This document shows positions 1 to 11,343 of a stretch of DNA of 64,000 nucleotides, in pieces (the stretch's first letter is position 1; each line of letters opens with the position of its first letter). The stretch comes from Okamejei kenojei (lineage: Eukaryota). Below the pieces are notes generated by a model. It saw nothing but the letters and a program-made list of their open reading frames with translations. It did not search any database and was not told the DNA's origin. The DNA lies in NCBI GenBank assembly GCA_035221665.1, contig CM069150.1, forward strand, positions 37,138,001 through 37,202,000. The letters run 5' to 3'. Position numbers and translations under genes: made by a program.

Positions 1-68
1 TGTATTCTGCAAGATGTCTCCAATTCTAGAAAAGAGAAACATTATCAAACTATCCTAATGATCTTTTG

Positions 69-400
69 CACCTCATATTTCGCTTTCAACCCAACGGTAT
101 GAGTTGATCTCTCCAATTTCAGGTAGCCCCTGCATTCCCTCTCTTCCCCCATCCCCCTCACTCTAGTTGTCCTACCAGTTCATATCCCGGTATCCCACTC
201 GTTACCACCTCTTCCCCAGCCAACAATGTGCCATTATGGGCTCCACCATTCCTTGGTCATCTATTGCCGCCCCTAATTTGTCCTGGCCTTTTTTCTACTT
301 TCAGTCTAAAGAAGGATTCTGGCCCGAAACGTCACCCATCCTTTTTCTCCAGAGGTGCTGCCTGATTTGCTGAGTCACTCCAGCACTTAGTGACTATCTT
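69..400 (+). mobile_element. Penelope-like element 3' remnant with degenerate hammerhead motif (~303-335)
   Basis: CACCTCATATTTCGC (the 'HLIFR' end of the GIY-YIG ORF), then TCTAAAGAAGGATTCTGGCCCGAAACGTCACC and the shared CCAGAG..GCTGCCTGA..GCTGAGT.ACTCCAGCA tail. Confidence 0.75.
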
Positions 401-539
401 ATGCTAATGATGTATTCGGTCAGGTCAAGGGTGGCAGTGGTTGAAAATTATTGTCCAATATGGTAACACTGGTATCAAATCAGTTTTGCACAAGAACCAA
501 AAATACAATCTGCCATACACACAAATACTTTTTTCGATG

Positions 540-1190
540 CGGTCTCCTTTACATCACTGAGAACAAGCGTTGACTTGACGACTGTTTTGCCGAACACTTG
601 CGCTCGGTCTGCCAAGGTCTGCTGGATCTTCCGGTTGCTAACCAATATAACTCCTCTTCTCTTTCCCATACTGCCCTTTCTGTCCTAAGCCTCCTCCATT
701 GCGAGAGTGAGGCCACAAGCAAACTGGAGGAACAGCACCTCATATTCCGCTTGGGGAGCTTACAATCTCATGGCATTAACATTAAACTTTCAAATGTTAG
801 GTAACTAACCTATAAACAACCTCCCAAATCCCCTTCCCCCCTTTTATCCTCCCCTCTCTTCCGTTTGCCACACCTGGACTCACACCCATTTCTCCCCTTT
901 CCCTTCCATCTATATTCCTCCGGCTTCACAATTCACACCTCCTCCACCCTTATCTCACATTTTTTGTCTTTTCATCTCTGGCCTTTGTCCAACTATCTGC
1001 CTTTCAAAAAACTCCCCTCGACTGTATCCACCTATCTCTTGGCAGCCTTTGTCCTGCCCCTCCTCTCTTCCAGCTTTCATCGCCTCCACCCCACATCACA
1101 ATCAGCCTGACCCAAAACATCACTTATCCATGTTCTCAAGAGATACTGCTTGACCCACTGGGTCAATCCAGCAATTTGTGTCTTTTTTTG
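540..1190 (+). mobile_element. Penelope-like element 3' fragment (GIY-YIG C-terminus plus pyrimidine-rich tail)
   Basis: ORF 598-804 ends KLEEQHLIFRLGSLQSHGINIKLSN, homologous to the endonuclease end in ORF 42257-42802. Confidence 0.85.
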
Positions 1191-1868
1191 TAAACCTCTG
1201 CCTTCCACACCAGCAACCTTCTCATAAGGGCTGAAAGCACAGCAAACACAGCAAATATTCTCACATTCATGGCACAGTAAATTGGAAATCAATCAGCACA
1301 TTTACACAACATTTGCTACGAAGCCTAATTTCACAGCCAGCATATCTGAATGTAACAAGATGACGAGCATAAAGCAAATACGAGTTATTAATCCATAGTG
1401 ATTCTTAGTCGAGCAAAAGGCAGACCAGTTACAAGGACCTCTTTTTGGCCTACATCTTCTCACTAAGTTCCTTCCTCCAATAAGTCCTTTCATTTTAAGT
1501 ATTTTATTCTTATGCGAGCTATTTCTAATAAAAATATTTAAGGGCAACAATCTAGTAATTGTTACTGTTCAACCTATCTCAATCAGATAGATACCAAATC
1601 TACCTTTATTCATCTATCTCTATCTTGCAGAGACAGCTCTCGGATAACTACGCCCAGCTTTGCTTTGCTTTTCTCTGTTTACCTCATTCATCATCTACAT
1701 CATCTCTACCCTCTACCTCCCAACTCCATCCCTTCTGCTCCCTACCTTACTCCACATATCTGTTATCCTTCACCCCTCACCAGTCCTACTGCGTATAACA
1801 TCTCACTTCTCTCACTACTCTCTCTCTCCTCTTTACATATTGGCTATCTGCCCTTTCCACTCTTCGTC

Positions 1869-1896
1869 CTGATGAGGGCTTTGACCCGAAAAGCCG
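1869..1896 (+). ncRNA. Hammerhead-like motif with canonical CUGAUGA core; helix III degenerate
   Basis: CTGATGA-GGG-CTTTGA-CCC-GAAA followed by the Penelope-type tail TCCTCTCCATCCACAGATGCTGCTCGACCCGCTGAG. Confidence 0.5.
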
Positions 1897-2261
1897 ACAG
1901 TTCCTCTCCATCCACAGATGCTGCTCGACCCGCTGAGTGGACCCAGCAGATTGGTTGTTGTTCAAGATTCTGTCTCTTGGGTCCAATATATTGAAACTAT
2001 TTTTTAGATAACTTCTTGCATTCTAAGCAAAGTTCGGATCATTATTAAAATGCGATGTGAATCACGTCTTTCCATATTGCATTGAGGTGCTTGGAGATTA
2101 TCTGCAAAAGAGTGACTAATCATGAAAATCGACAACAAATATTTTCAACCTTACGATATCATTTGGACATATTCTATGTTTTGCCAAATATGAGATATCA
2201 AATTGTGAAACAACAAAAAATGACATGAAAATGTATTTATTTATTTATGCAGGAATGATTT

Positions 2262-2553
2262 TACTTTGGAGATACAGAGCGGTAACAGGCTCTTCGCCAC
2301 ACCGAATCCGTGCCAACCAGTGATAACCCTGTACACTAATGCTGTTCCACACACTAGGGACAATTTTACTAATGCCAATTAACCTACAAACCTGTTGTCT
2401 ATAGAGAGTTGGAGGAAACAAGAACACCCAGAAAAAACATACGCTGTCACAGGGAGAACGTACAAACGCCGTTCAGACAGCACCTGTAGTCAGGATCGAA
2501 CCAGCGTCTCTGGTGCAGTAAGGCAGTAACTCTACAGCTGTACAGCCGTGCCA
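2262..2553 (-). mobile_element. HE1-type (V-SINE) tRNA-derived SINE
   Basis: Reverse complement of the tRNA-like head, V-domain (GTACGTTCTCCCTGTGAC) and CR1-like tail; parallels the copy at 5726. Confidence 0.8.
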
Positions 2554-4633
2554 CTCATTATGGTTTAAAAATCATTTATTTTATGTGAAATAAGTTGAGT
2601 ATGGCTAAATAGAATCATTGCTTCTGGGACATTTAAGCCCAAAAGAAAGAACTAATTTGACAAGATTTTGAATAAATGAAAATCTTAACCCTGTTGTCTA
2701 ACTTTCATCTTTTACCAATTATTTTTAGGCTCATTTTGTAGTAGAGAATTGGCAAATGTTTGTTGCAGGGAATAGAGACAACATTGTCACAACTTGTTAC
2801 TGTGAAGTGATCGTGATTTATGAAAGGTTTATTTGGCAACACACAAGGTGCATTCCTGCCACACCTTCACTCCTCTCCTGGTAAAAAAAAACGTGTTCAG
2901 TTGAGATGCTTACTCTTGTGACATTTAATTCAGTGTGTCATTCATATGGCCAAGTTGCCGTTTTAATTCTAAAAAAAGCAGAACCATGTTAGATACTCTC
3001 AGTGCTCTATTGGAACACAGTTTCCAACACTAAATGAAGACTGAATTTTAAGTTCAGTTGTAACATCTAATTATAGCTACTTTGAAGTCACATGACCTGA
3101 TTTTATTTTTATATTTCTTATTGTGACTGACTGCCGCAGAAAGAAATAGATTAAAAAATAAAGGAATGCTACAGTTGTCTATGGAAAAGTCTTAAAAATT
3201 GACATCTTCCCTTGACTTAATTTACTCAAGTAGCAATTTCACACCTATCTCTACAGGAAACAAGAATCAACGTGTTACGTACAATAGTGAAGCCAAAGCA
3301 AACACTTTAAGAAACCATTAGGAAAGGAGCAACATGATTGTACCAACAGTTGTAGCAGTCTGAGACTTGGATACAAATGGTGAATGTTAGCAAACCAGCA
3401 GCAGGCAACATTATGCAATTTCACTTCCAATTTATTCAAGCTGAACAGATAGTTCTTCCAAAAGTGGTTCTTGCACATGGTTAGTAACACCACACATAGC
3501 TCTAGAAGTTGTTAACGAATATTTTCACATTAAATAATTCTGTACCATGCACATGGTTTCATAGAATAGGAAAAGATACAAAGGATATTGTAAATTTGTT
3601 TATGAGAATGTCAATTTATCATTACATCTAATTACAGTATAACTTTCCACAGGAGAAAACAATGTTCCTCAGGATATATTTCTCAATTTATTTCAAAGCC
3701 AATAAGATCCCAATGAATTTGGTCTATTATATCACATTCATTCCAATGGAACCAATCATTGTTATGTTAAAAAAATGGATTAGTCCTTCTGATTCTCAAA
3801 AAAAAAGATAGCCAAAGATTTTATCAGCTACGCAAGTTAGAACTTCCTTCACATTCAGTACAATAGAAACCTAAAAGTCGCAAGAAACCTAAAAATAGAT
3901 TGAAAAAAAATCAACACTGAATGTTGGCCAGTTGGGAATCAGCAGAACAAATCTGTTCTACTATTCAAATACATCTCATCTGATCCATGCAGAATGTGTC
4001 TGCCTTGGCTTCATATTCCTTTGCATCCTTAATATCTTTGCATCCTTCATATCTCTACTCTCAGAGGTGTATTAAAAAATCACCTAATATTCATTCTTTG
4101 AGTGAGAGAGTTCCACATATTCACTTATCAATCTGTAGAAGTGTCCTGACCCAAATCGTCCTCTGTCCATTCCCTCCACTAATGCTGCCTGACCCACTGA
4201 GTTCCTCCAGCAATTTGTATTTTGCCACATATTTATGTGTGGTTGTATGAAGCAGTGTTTCCATTCAACTGTTGTCAAAATCCTACAGACTTCAATCATG
4301 TCGCCCTTCAGCCATCCATATTACAAGGAACATAACCTGGATGATGACAAATAATAAAATAGCTTTGCACCAAAAATACGGATTCAGATTAGTTTTCTGT
4401 CATGTACACTATCAGGATGCAATGGAATTCTTCGTTCACATGAAGATCACTGTATACACTGTACATATAATAAAGATAAATACAACAATGTATGCAAAGC
4501 AGCTGAATGGTGCAAGATTGTATTGAAAAATAAATTAAGGTAAAATAACAGAATAACCCAATTAGGTAAAGTTAACAGTAAGAGTATGTGAAACACCTCA
4601 AGGGAGGGTGTGTGAAAGAGATGATTTAGCATT

Positions 4634-4926
4634 TTAGACTTTAGATATACAACACAGAAACAGGCCCTTCAGCCCTCCAAGTCCACACCGACCAGCGATT
4701 ACCCCGTGCACTAGCACTACCCTACACATTTACAATTACCAAAGCCAATTGACCTACAAACCTGTATGTCTTTGGAGTGTGGGAGGAAACCAGAGCACCC
4801 GGAGAAAACCCACACTGTCACAGGGAGAAAGTACAAACTCCCTACAGACAGCACCCTTAGTCAGGATCGAACCCAGGTGGCGCTGGCGCTGTTAGGCAGA
4901 AACTCTACCGCAATGCCACTGTGCCA
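4634..4926 (-). mobile_element. HE1-type V-SINE
   Basis: GGGAGGAAACCAGAGCACCCGGAGAAAACCCAC..GGGAGAAAGTACAAACTCC is the reverse V-domain; head at GCCACTGTGCCATCC. Confidence 0.85.
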
Positions 4927-5175
4927 TCCATGAGTGTTCAGGAGTCTCATAGCAGTGGGGAAGAAGCTGTTCTTAAGTCTGGAAGTATGAGGCTTCAAGC
5001 TTCTGTATTTTCTCCCTGAAGGTAGAAGACAGAAAATGGAATAAGCACAATGACAAGCATCCTTGACGATACTACCAGCAGCGATACCACACTGTGCATC
5101 AGGAAGGATGCACAATGAAGATGGACTGGATGGAAGGAAGTGACGAGCCTGTTATGTTCTGAGCTGTGTTCACAG
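4927..5175 (-). mobile_element. Rex1/Babar LINE 3' fragment
   Basis: ORF 4861-5115 contains LLPSGRKYRSLKPHTSRLKNSFFPTAMRLLN, the Rex1-type C-terminus. Confidence 0.75.
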
Positions 5176-5725
5176 GAAAACAGTGCTGAATGTTCAGTAG
5201 TTTTTCTTGATATTTACAGACACTGAAAAGCACCATTGTCATAACTAGTTTCTGAAAATGTAAGAAGATTACTGGTGTATGTATTGCTTGCCTTTTGTGT
5301 GATTTTATTTTTTGTTGTTGAGCAGCGCAGCTTACGGAGATTGGGTTGAATCTGAGTAGATAGTTTGTTTTGTTGTATTAATTCTATTATGGTTTTGTAC
5401 CAGTCAAACTGACAACAACTGTTACTTCAGGTTCTTTCAATACTTCAGCTAAATAATGAATGGAGTATGTGAAAAAGATTAAACACATTTTTACCACTGT
5501 AAAGTACAGGCAGAGAAAAATTGAATACGACTAGTTTAGTTTATTGTCACGTGTACCTAGATACAGTGAAAAGCTTTTGTTGCATGCTAACCAGTCAGGT
5601 AAAGACCATACACGATTCCAGTCGAGTCATCCACAGTGTACCAGGTGCATGATAAAGGGAATAATGCAACTTTGTTGGCTGCAAGCAAGCCAGAGATTTG
5701 CAGAGTCAGTTTAGCTTACTGAACA

Positions 5726-6040
5726 GGGTGGCACGGTGGCACAGCGGTAGAGTTGCTGCTTTATAGCACCAGAGACCCGGGCTCGATCCTGGCTACGGGC
5801 GTACAGAGTTTGTACGTTCTCTCCAATGACCTGCGTGGGGTTTTATTTCAAGATCTCCAACACTCCAAAGACGTACAGGTTTGTAGGTTATAATATAAAA
5901 ATTGTTCCTATTGTGTGCAGGGTAGTGTAAATGTGCAGGGACCGCTGGTCGGTGCGGACTCGGTGGGCTGAAGGGCCTGTTTCATACTGTATCTCTAAAC
6001 TAAACTAAACTAAACTAAACTAAACTAAACTAAACTAAAC
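5726..6040 (+). mobile_element. HE1-type V-SINE with (TAAAC)n tail
   Basis: Head GGGTGGCACGGTGGCACAGCGGTAGAG..GGGCTCGATCC (A/B boxes), V-domain, tail GGGCTGAAGGGCCTGTTTC and about 9 TAAAC units. Confidence 0.9.
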
Positions 6041-6459
6041 AGCATCGACATCCCATGTCCAGTACTACATTAAATAGTAAAAGGGTAGCTGCCACAATTA
6101 ATATTGAAACCATTACAAACTCTGTGGTAGATTTGAAAAGGCTAGTTGTACCAGGTGAAAAAGACTGTAACCTTGATGGGTCCTGCATGCTACGTTAGAA
6201 CTGTAGTGATGTTTTCTCTGTCAGTAGACAGTGAAGGAAAGGGAATGTCATTGAACAACGATTCAGTATCAGATGTGTGAACAGGAAGCTGAGCTAGATG
6301 ATACAATGCAGCTTAAAGATACACCTCTTTCCTACATAGCTACATTTGGGGAGGGATCGGTGTGCCCGGGGTTTATGAGGTTAGAATGAGATCAGGTAAA
6401 AGAGAACCAAAGCTCCCACTTCTCATTGTTTCAAAGCAAGGATCCAATTTGAAAATCTT

Positions 6460-7020
6460 AGTGTTGGAGGAACAGCAGCAGGTCAGGCAGCATCTTTGGA
6501 AGACATGGGTAGGTGACGTTCTGGGTTGGGACCCTTATTCAGACTGATTGCAGTGAGGGGAGGTGACAAAGCTGGAAGAGAGGTGGGGGCAGGACAAAGC
6601 CAGGTAAGTGATAAGAGGGTACATGCGGAGGGGTTGACTGGAAGATGGATGGACAGAGGCCAAGATGAAAAGGAGACAAAAGGCTGTGAGTTAAGGACAG
6701 AGGAAGCATGAATTGTGAGCCCAGAGGAAAGGATATCGGTGGAAGAGGGTGGGGGGAAGGGGAAGAGGGGAAATGGTGCACATCCAGATGAGGCACAAAG
6801 AAGAGAAGGGGGGTGGAAGGAAAATAGGGGAGGGGGAGTTTCAGTTTGTTACCAAAAATTGCAGAATTCGATGTACATACTGTTTAGTTGTAAGCTACAC
6901 AAGCAGAATACAAGGTGCTGTTCCTCCAGTTTGGGTGTGGCCTCACTCTGGCAATGGAGAAGGTCCAGGCCATAGAGGTCAGCATGGGAATGGGAAGAGG
7001 AGTTAAAATGGTTCACAACC
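6460..7020 (-). mobile_element. Penelope-like 3' fragment
   Basis: ORF 6849-7124 contains HFNSSSHSHADL..KLEEQHLVFCLCSLQ; degenerate hammerhead motif near 6512-6545. Confidence 0.8.
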
Positions 7021-7711
7021 ATTCTGAAGATCTGTCCCCGTACTAGCTGAATCAACAAGTCAATCAGAAGTAAGAAGAGTTTATTAGATAATGAACAGAT
7101 CAAGAATATGAAGAAGGTAGACACAAATTGCTGGAGTAACTCAGCTGACAGGCAGCATCTCTGGAGAGAAGGAATGGGTGACGTTTTGGGTCAAGACCAT
7201 CCTTCAGACTAAAGAAAGGTCTCGACCCATAACATGCAATTATGAAATTTCACAAAAAAAACATGTTCCTCCATGATGCTTTAAAGACATATTGAATATA
7301 CTGAATGGAGTAAGCAGCACATTTCACATAAATGCTTATGCCTGCAAACAACTACATATTAGAATGTGAAGGTCAATACAAAACTGTAACCAAGGCGTTT
7401 GATGGCACTGGGCCTTTACTTGCTGGAGTTTAGAAGGATAAGGGTGGACCTCATTGAAACTTACCGAATAGTGAAAGGCCTGCATAGAATGAGTGTGGAG
7501 AGGATGTTTCCACTAGTGGGAGAGTCTAGGACAAGAGGCCATAGCCTCCAAATAAAAGGTACCTTTAGGAAGGAGATGAGGAGGAATTTCTTTAGTCAGT
7601 GGGTGGTGAATTTGCGGAATTAATTGTCACAGACAGCTGTGGAGGCCAAATCAAGGGATATTGTTAAGGCGGATATTGACAGATTCTTGATTAACATTGG
7701 TGTCAGAGATT

Positions 7712-9512
7712 AATAATAATAATAATAATAATAATATCTTTTATTGTCATTGCACATAAGTGCAATGAGATTTGGTTTGAAACTTCCATCCGATGTCATA
7801 ACTTAATCGACAAATAAAATTTAGGTTTAAATACCCTGAAAACAAGGTTTGCAAAAACGAACATTAGACCAGTAGAATCAAGACAGACTAAAGTGCGAGG
7901 CCGGGGGAGACAGTCCATGGGGGTGGGGGAGTACTCAGCAGGGCCGGTTCAGAGCCGCTATAACTCTGGTGGTGCGGGCGTAGAAGGCTTTGTAACGTCT
8001 GCCGGAAGGGAGTAGTTCGAACAGTCCATTACATGCATGCTGACAGCCTTCCTGAGGCACCGTGTGTGGTAGATGCCCTCCAAGGCTGGTAGTGGTCCCA
8101 ATAATCTGTTGCGCTCTGTGGACAACGCGCTGAAGAGCTCTCCTCTCCGCCTCCGTGCAGCTGAGATACCACATTGTGTTGCCATACGTTTGTATGCTCT
8201 CTGTGGTGCAGCGGTAGAAGGTCGTCAGCAGCTGTTGGGGCAGACCAGTCCGTTTCAATGTTCTTAGGAAGAACAGTCGTTGCTGTGTCTTTTTTACCAG
8301 CGCAGAAGTGTTGGTGGACCATGTGAGGTCCTCTGAGATGTGAGTGCCCAGAAACTTGAAGCTAGACACTCTCTCCACACTGTCTCCGTAGATGGAGATT
8401 GGGGCGAATTCCCCATTCTGCGACCTCCTGAAGTTGATAATCAGCTCCTTGGTCTTGGAGGTGTTTAGCGGCAAGTTGTTCCGTGCGCACCAGTCCGCCA
8501 GGTTCTGCACCTCCGCTCTATAGTTTGTTTCATCACCGTTGGTGATCAGCCCAATCACCGTTGTGTCGTCTGCAAACTTGACAATGGTGTTGTTGTCAAA
8601 TGCAGGGACACAGTCGTGGGTGAAGAGGGAGTAGAGTATGGGGCTCAGTACACAGCCCTGAGATGTGCCGGTGCTCAGGGTGATAGTGGAGGACAGGTGC
8701 AGCCCCAGTCTCACTGCCTGCGGTCGCTCCATCAGAAGGTTCAGGGTCCAATCGCATATCAGTGAGCTGAGGCCCAGCTGGTGGAGTTTGGTGGTGAGCT
8801 TGGTGGGGATGACCGTATTGAAGGCAGAGCTATAGTCAATGAAGAGCATCCTCACGTAGGTGCCCTGTCTTTCCAGGTGGGTCAGGACAGTGTGAAGAGC
8901 CACAGAGATGGCATTTTCTGTGGATCTATTTGCCCTGTATGTAAATTGATGATAGTCCAATGATGCAGGGATGCTGGATTTGATGTGGGAGAGGACCAGC
9001 CTTTCAAAGCACTTCATTGGTATTGGAGTTAGGGCAACCGGGCGGTAGTCATTCAGGTTGGTGACTTTAGACTTTTTCGGCACCGGCACTATGGTAGCTA
9101 TCTTCAGGCACTTGGGGACCGTTGCCAGAGATAGAGACAGGTTGAAGATCTTCGTAAATACCTCCGCCAGCTGTACAGCAAAGTCCTTTAGTACCCTACC
9201 CTGGACTACATCCGGGCCTGCAGCCTTGCGTGGATTGATCCTATGCAGAGTGCACTGTACCTCCTGGGTGCTCAGTGTTAAGGCCTGTCCCTCCGCCCTA
9301 GCCGGGGTTGTTCCTCTCCTGGTGGTGTTGCCAGTTTCGAAGCGGGCAAAGAAGGTGTTTAATTCATTGGCCGGTGTGATATCACTGTGGGGGCAGACGG
9401 GGCTGCTCTTGTAGTCAGTGATGTCCCTGACACCCTGCCACATGCTTCTGGTGTTTGCGGTGTTGAAGTGGTCTTCCACCTTTTGCCTGTGAAGTGGTCT
9501 TCCACCCTTTGC
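7712..9512 (-). mobile_element. Rex1/Babar non-LTR retrotransposon, 5'-truncated, (TTA)n tail
   Basis: RT ORF on minus strand; (TAA)n run at 7711-7736 on plus; host CR1 rejoins across it. Confidence 0.9.
7935..9479 (-). CDS. Rex1/Babar reverse transcriptase, partial ORF (514 aa)
   Basis: KAAGPD, NDYRPVALT, MLFIDYSSAFNT, QGCVLSP.LYSLFTHDC, KFADDTT, FKFLG motifs; no native start. Confidence 0.85.
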   Translation of the reverse strand: MEDHFNTANTRSMWQGVRDITDYKSSPVCPHSDITPANELNTFFARFETGNTTRRGTTPARAEGQALTLSTQEVQCTLHRINPRKAAGPDVVQGRVLKDFAVQLAEVFTKIFNLSLSLATVPKCLKIATIVPVPKKSKVTNLNDYRPVALTPIPMKCFERLVLSHIKSSIPASLDYHQFTYRANRSTENAISVALHTVLTHLERQGTYVRMLFIDYSSAFNTVIPTKLTTKLHQLGLSSLICDWTLNLLMERPQAVRLGLHLSSTITLSTGTSQGCVLSPILYSLFTHDCVPAFDNNTIVKFADDTTVIGLITNGDETNYRAEVQNLADWCARNNLPLNTSKTKELIINFRRSQNGEFAPISIYGDSVERVSSFKFLGTHISEDLTWSTNTSALVKKTQQRLFFLRTLKRTGLPQQLLTTFYRCTTESIQTYGNTMWYLSCTEAERRALQRVVHRAQQIIGTTTSLGGHLPHTVPQEGCQHACNGLFELLPSGRRYKAFYARTTRVIAALNRPC

Positions 9513-10340
9513 TTATGGGGCGAAGAGAGGAGAATGGGGTTGATGGATGAAACAGAAAGATAGATCAGTCATGATTGAATGGCGGAGTAGAATTGATGGG
9601 CCGAATGGCCTAATTCTGCTCCTAGAACTTATGAACATATGAAGATGCACAGCATACCTCAAAGGAAAGAACCACTACTGTGGAACAGTGAGTGCTCATT
9701 TTAGACATGCATGGGCCGCATATTGAACCTGCAGCTTTTAAATACTTGTCCTATTTTTAGTTCTGAACCTTCACCATTGACATTCAATTTTCTTTTCAGT
9801 ATTTGAATTTAATTTTCTTATGTAGCAGTTTAAACATAAAAAAACACGCAACAGCACATTTTTCCAGAGGCTAATCAGATTACCATTTTGCAGCTTCATG
9901 TGTCCTTTAGTAAGCTTCAATACACTGTGAATGCCATCCGAGAAACTGCAGAAAATAATCATGTTAAAATGAATTTTATTTTCTCAAATGGCGGATCAAA
10001 GGTAAAGTTACCAGTGTGGAAGGGGGAGGACTTGACTTGATACAACGTTCTCCCACAAACCCATTATATCTCAATTTAAACTACGCAGTAAATTATCAAG
10101 TATAGCCTCAGCAAAGCGAAGGAGGCCTTGATGATCAGTAATGTAGTGACAGCATAATTTGTTTCAAGTATTATGGTCGTTGACTGTCCTGAGATTCACA
10201 TTATTATTGCTCATTTTTATTGAGCTACAGTTTTGGCCTCGGAAATTATGTTCATACAAATTAGATTGGTGGAACAATGAAAAATGAGCAATGATACAAT
10301 AATTGGAGAATGAAATAAACCTATTTCACAGCTTATTTAG

Positions 10341-10573
10341 AAGAAGGTAGACTCAAAATGCTGGAGTATCTCAGCGGGTCAGGCAGCATCTCTGGAGACA
10401 AGGAATAGGTGACATTTCGGATCGGGACACTTCTACAGCCCCTTGCTCTAAAGAAGGGTCTGCACCCAAAACGTTACCTATTCCTTTTCTCCACAGATGC
10501 TGCCTGACCCGCTGAATTACTCATGTTTTTGTGTGTCTATCTTCTGTGTATTCCAGCATCTGCAGTTCCTTCC
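10341..10573. mobile_element. Penelope-derived fold-back mini-element with inverted degenerate hammerhead motifs
   Basis: GAAGGTAGACTCAAAATGCTGGAG..CAGCGGGTCAGGCAGCATCT pairs with AGATGCTGCCTGACCCGCTG..TCTATCTTC; unpaired 3' tail CCAGCATCTGCAGTTCCTTC. Confidence 0.8.
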
Positions 10574-11343
10574 AAAGATCGCTGGGGTCCCCAATAGCTG
10601 GGGACCCCAGCTATTTACAATATATATTAATGATCTGGATGAGGGAATTGAATGCAACATCTCCAAGTTTGCGGATGACACGAAGCTGGGGGGCAGTGTT
10701 AGCTGTGAGGAGGATGCTAGGAGGCTGCAAGGTGACTTGGATAGGTTGGGTGAGTGGGCAAATGCATGGCAGATCCAGTATAATGTGGATAAATGTGAGG
10801 TTATCCACTTTGGCGGCAAAAACAGGAGGGTAGACTATTATCTGAATGGTGGCCGATTAGGAAAAGGGGAGATGCAACGAGACCTGGGTGTCATGGTACA
10901 CCAGTCATTGAAAGTAGGCATGCAGGTGCAGCAGGCTGTGAAGAAAGCGAATGGTATGTTGGCATTCATAGCAAAAGGATTTGAGTACAAGAGCAGGGAG
11001 GTTCTACTGCAGTTGTACAGGGTCTTGGTGAGGCCACACCTGGTGTATTGCGTACAGTTTTGGTCTCCTAATCTGAGGAAAGACATTCTTGCCATAGAGG
11101 GAGTACAGAGAAGGTTCACCAGACTGATTCCTGGGATGGCACGGCTTCCATATGAAGAAAGACTGGATAGACTCGGCTTGTACTCGCTGGAATTTAGGAG
11201 ATTGAGGGGGGATCTCAACACCAGCAAAATCAAAGAACTGATTGTGGACTTTGGAAGGAGTAGGATGGGGACCCACAGTCCTGTTTATATCAACGGGTTG
11301 ATGGTTGAAAGGGTCAAGAGCTTCAAATTCCTGGGCGTGCACA

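Larger units (their letters stand above)
7395..9640 (+). mobile_element. CR1/HER1-like LINE 3' end split by a Rex1 insertion (7395-7712 and 9513-9640)
   Basis: ORF 7399-7623 LGLYLLEFRRIRVDLIETYRIVKG..SRTRGH; resumes TTATGGGG..GATGGGCCGAATGGCCTAATTCTGCTCC. Confidence 0.85.

Noticed and set aside
5726-5795. tRNA gene
   Set aside because: The A/B boxes belong to a SINE head followed by a V-domain and LINE-like tail; no convincing cloverleaf.
5996-6040. CRISPR-like or telomeric array
   Set aside because: Simple (TAAAC)n SINE tail with no spacers.
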